64,000 nt of DNA from Candidatus Poribacteria bacterium (GTDB lineage Bacteria; Poribacteria; WGA-4E; PCPOR2b): NCBI GenBank assembly GCA_965215015.1, contig OZ244042.1, positions 1,152,001 to 1,216,000 of the forward strand, given 5' to 3'. The notes under the pieces were generated by a model, which had not been told where the DNA came from, did no database searches, and worked only from the letters and a program-made list of their open reading frames with translations. The position numbers and the translations under genes are program-made. Every line of letters begins with the position of its first letter. The stretch's first letter is position 1. This document shows positions 60,602-64,000 of the stretch, piece by piece.

Positions 60602-63600
60602 TTATTGGACGTCCGCCTCAATCTGCTTCAAGGTCGCTTCAAGGAGATTAAGGTAACGTCCATATTCCGCCCAATTTCCTGTGCGTTGTGCTGCTTGTGC
60701 CGCCTCAAACTGCTCCCGCGCCTGTTTTGCCAATGCCGAAATAGATATCGATTCGGTGGCACTCACCCCTTCGGCGGCTTCATCAGCGGATAGAATATCT
60801 TGCGTCAGCGCGCCCTCCAACCGCTTGCCGAACATGTTAATCAACGCCTCATCAAGGCTCGCCCCCCATGCGACATTCTCCTTATAGCCCACAACAACGC
60901 GACGCAATTCAGGAATTGCGGCTTCTTCGTTCTCCGCTTGGATATAGATTGGCTCAACATAGAGAATCGCCTCATTCATTGGGATAATAAGTAGGTTACC
61001 GCGCAGGACGCGTGAACCCTGTGTATTCCACAAGCTAATCTGCTGGGAAATTCCAGGTTCTTGCGTAATGAAATTTTCCACCTGCATCGGTCCAGGGGCG
61101 AGCTTTCCCTTCGGGAACCGATAGACAAGCAGTTGTCCATACTGCGGTAAATCGCATCGCGCAGCAATCCAAGCGGTAAGATTCGGCTTGTTTTTCGGTG
61201 TGAAGGGGAGCATCAGAACAAATTCCGCACGTTCCTCTCCCGGTATCTTGACAACCACATAGTAAGGCGCAACCTCTTGCACATTTGTGACCGTCTCCGG
61301 CAATTGTTGGGTACGAGCAAATGGACTTGGGGGTTGCGGTGCCTGAGCGGGACGAAGACGCTCAGTGTTATCGTAAAGCTCCTCACCAATCTGCCACTGG
61401 TCTTCACTCGCGTAGAACGTTATCGGATCCTTCATGTGATAATCCTGATACATTTGCGCCTGAATGCGAAACATGGTAGTCGGATAGCGGATATGCGCCT
61501 TGAGATCTGCGGGCATCTCATCGAACGATTTGAATAAGTCGGGGAAGATACGGCGATAACACTCCGCAACCGGATCTTGCTCCTGCTCCATCAGATAGAA
61601 ATTCACGCTGCCATCGTAGGCATCAATCGTGACTTTGGCGGCGTTGCGGATATAATTTCCCCACGGCCTTTCGCCACCGACGACGCGCCCCGCAGCGCGT
61701 CTGCCGCCCTGTTCCGCAATGGTTCTGCGGATGGCATCCTGCATCGGTGCGGAATAGGGATAGCGGGCGGTCGTTGTATAAGCATCAATCATCCAGATCA
61801 GCCGACCGTTGTGGATGACAAGGTACGGGTCAACATCATATTTCAGGAATGGGGCGATTTGGTTGACGCGCTCTTTTATGTTTCGATTGTAGAGAACCCG
61901 ACTCGTTGATTGGATTTCACCGGGCAGGATGAAATTGAGCGCGTTGTTGAATTTCAGCATGTACGCAAACTTTCGCAAGAACGAAGAGAGTTTGACACCC
62001 CCCTCGCCTTGGTAAGAGTATTTGGCGAAATCTTGTCCAAACGTTTCGGGGTAATCAAACTCAAGGCTCTCTAATCGGTCTGGGTGGACGATGACATAAT
62101 GGTTGGTGCGCTCGCCGTAGTAAATTCGGGGACCAGGGTTGTCGTTAAACCGATATGACCATTCAGGTTCGTAATTGATTGGATCCATATCTCGAATGTA
62201 CATCTTCGGCTTCCCGTCCAGGATTTCGTTCACAGGACTTAGCACTGCTCCATAGCCGTGGGTATAGACGTAAGTGCGCTTAAACCAGTCCCGACTCACT
62301 TCACGGTCCAAATCGTTGATATTCAGTTCACGCCCGGCAAGCATCACCTGTCGAGGTTCACCGCTTTCCATCGTGTAACGATCGATATCTACGTCGGGAA
62401 AATCGTATTGTGAACGCAACTCCTGCAGCTGGCGGAAAGTTCGCCGCAGCGGACGCCAATCCCAAAGCCGGATGCTGTTAATCACCGCCGCATTCTCCTG
62501 CCCCGTGATGTTATCATAAGACAATTCCCCCATCAAAGGGTACTCCGTCTCTGTCACGGTGCTATCCTCCAAATCATACGCGTGCAGCGTTGCCCTGATA
62601 TTATAGTTGATATATCTGCTCTCAAGTTCCTGCTTACTCGGTTCAACTTTCAGCTTTTGAACGATACGGGGATAAGCTTGTCCCATAAAGGCAACAAGTA
62701 TCAGAACAATAACGCTCCCAACAGCGAAGGAGATACGTCGTAGAAAGATGCTGATGAAGAAGATCAGCGCACAGGCGGTGGTCAGCGCGAGCAGTATCCA
62801 TAACACAGGCAGCCGTGCCTGTATCGCTGCGTAACCGCCCCCACTCCGCACAACATCGTTGGTCGTGTAGAGCAGGTCATACATCACAAACTGATAGTTC
62901 CATGCACGAAACAGCAATGTCAACCCAATCAGTATAAACAGATGAGTCTTGACGCGCTGCGGCGGTGCGAAGCGGTTATCCTCATTAATGAGTAGTCCGT
63001 GAAAAAAGTAGAGTACCCCCGTAAACAGGGTGACTAACATGAATAGACCGAAAAGATAACCACAGATCAGCCGTTCCAAGGGCATCCGAAAAACATAGTA
63101 GCTGACATTCTTATTGAAAACGGGATCCCGCGCAGTGCCGACCAAAACCGCATCTTCAGTAGCATCGAAGCTAAGCCCTTGGTTTAATGCAATTCTAACG
63201 CTCCCATCACCAGCCGGACTTATCGAGCGGATTTTCGCGCTATGACTGCTATCTTCCTCTTCGATTGTAACCGCATCCCCTACTTTAAGTCCTTTTGCAC
63301 TATATTCCAATTCAGAAATAAGGACCTCTGTCGTATCCCGATTTGCCGGTGCATCGAGCGACGTTGCGGATTGAAAGGAAAGATTACTAGCGTTTGAATA
63401 GCGGAGAAATTGCTCCCAGTAGTCTGTCGAGGCATAACCGCCCACGATACTCCCTCCAATCGCCAAGAGTGTCAGTACCACATAAACAGCTTTTCGGAGG
63501 TTAAAATCGGGCATCCCTTCAAGGGGGATCGATTCGACCAGCGTTGGACTCAGTCGAGGGGGGGTAAAGCGATACAGCAGATAGAGATTGGTGAGGGTTA

Positions 63601-63793
63601 CCGCAAGAAAGAAACCACCGACAACAATTCCCAACCCTATTTTTGTCAGTAGCACCTTTTTGTAAATGGCGAGATAGCCGACCATATCAAACCAGAGCAG
63701 GTCGGGATAGATTTTGACGAACAGCGCACCCCCGCCAATAATTACTACTAGAACAACAAGGGTAATAATCAATCGAGTCAAGTTTGCTTGCAT
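60602..63793 (-). CDS. UPF0182 family membrane protein
   Basis: LWFDMVGY, DPVFNKNVSYYVF, IRLWD, DIDRY, YTHGYG, PRIYYGE, NYIRN, RGNLLIIP..LYVEPIY. Confidence 0.93.
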   Translation of the reverse strand: MQANLTRLIITLVVLVVIIGGGALFVKIYPDLLWFDMVGYLAIYKKVLLTKIGLGIVVGGFFLAVTLTNLYLLYRFTPPRLSPTLVESIPLEGMPDFNLRKAVYVVLTLLAIGGSIVGGYASTDYWEQFLRYSNASNLSFQSATSLDAPANRDTTEVLISELEYSAKGLKVGDAVTIEEEDSSHSAKIRSISPAGDGSVRIALNQGLSFDATEDAVLVGTARDPVFNKNVSYYVFRMPLERLICGYLFGLFMLVTLFTGVLYFFHGLLINEDNRFAPPQRVKTHLFILIGLTLLFRAWNYQFVMYDLLYTTNDVVRSGGGYAAIQARLPVLWILLALTTACALIFFISIFLRRISFAVGSVIVLILVAFMGQAYPRIVQKLKVEPSKQELESRYINYNIRATLHAYDLEDSTVTETEYPLMGELSYDNITGQENAAVINSIRLWDWRPLRRTFRQLQELRSQYDFPDVDIDRYTMESGEPRQVMLAGRELNINDLDREVSRDWFKRTYVYTHGYGAVLSPVNEILDGKPKMYIRDMDPINYEPEWSYRFNDNPGPRIYYGERTNHYVIVHPDRLESLEFDYPETFGQDFAKYSYQGEGGVKLSSFLRKFAYMLKFNNALNFILPGEIQSTSRVLYNRNIKERVNQIAPFLKYDVDPYLVIHNGRLIWMIDAYTTTARYPYSAPMQDAIRRTIAEQGGRRAAGRVVGGERPWGNYIRNAAKVTIDAYDGSVNFYLMEQEQDPVAECYRRIFPDLFKSFDEMPADLKAHIRYPTTMFRIQAQMYQDYHMKDPITFYASEDQWQIGEELYDNTERLRPAQAPQPPSPFARTQQLPETVTNVQEVAPYYVVVKIPGEERAEFVLMLPFTPKNKPNLTAWIAARCDLPQYGQLLVYRFPKGKLAPGPMQVENFITQEPGISQQISLWNTQGSRVLRGNLLIIPMNEAILYVEPIYIQAENEEAAIPELRRVVVGYKENVAWGASLDEALINMFGKRLEGALTQDILSADEAAEGVSATESISISALAKQAREQFEAAQAAQRTGNWAEYGRYLNLLEATLKQIEADVQ

Positions 63794-64000
63794 ACATTCC
63801 TTCCTTAAGTAAGAGTGAGCTAGAGTGCCTAGCTATAGGATTTACACACTTCAGTAGAGAACAACAATCGTCGTTCCTTACAGGCTAAAATGCCTGACCT
63901 AAACCGAAATGGAACGTTGTATCCGGATCGATACTAGCGAGATCTGTGCGACGTGCTACGTCAAAGTCGAGCGAGAAAAACCCAAGCTGCAATCGAAGTC

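Noticed and set aside
60323-60793. 156-aa plus-strand ORF
   Set aside because: Antisense to the UPF0182 3' end and to the DUF5069-like gene, which has the SD and the family pattern
1-64000. tRNA (including selC), rRNA, transposase or integrase genes
   Set aside because: None recognised by eye; Sec machinery and RAYT would have to be encoded elsewhere in the genome

Overview
Bacterial chromosomal window of roughly 50% GC. The gene content (PhyH dioxygenases, sulfatase, CARDB/FlgD-type secreted peptidase, NHL and WD40 proteins) is compatible with Ca. Poribacteria or a similar lineage, which is inference only. The first 37 kb is a hybrid CRISPR-Cas locus: an NE0113-type CARF-wHTH gene, a type III-A module (cas10, csm2-5), one cas6, a type I-B module (cas8b1/Cst1 with an internal in-frame cas11 start, cas7, cas5, cas3), cas4-cas1-cas2, a leader, and a 15.7 kb array of about 236 30-bp repeats (manual count). 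A convergent CARF-RelE (Cami1-like) effector follows the array. The array is a mosaic of two repeat alleles, contains one 71-nt double-hairpin spacer, and has many re-acquired, overlapping or codon-level homologous spacers. The remainder holds metabolic and housekeeping genes (cimA, rsmE, glcF, larE, def, pheA, UPF0182), an ECF sigma factor paired with a tandem-FHA protein, several gene remnants and many REP/MITE-like repeats. The most novel-looking signal is missing from the ORF track: an 80-aa DUF5069-like gene (60236-60478, minus strand) with an in-frame TGA at the expected Cys position followed by a SECIS-like hairpin, i.e. a candidate selenoprotein. All counts and alignments were done by eye.
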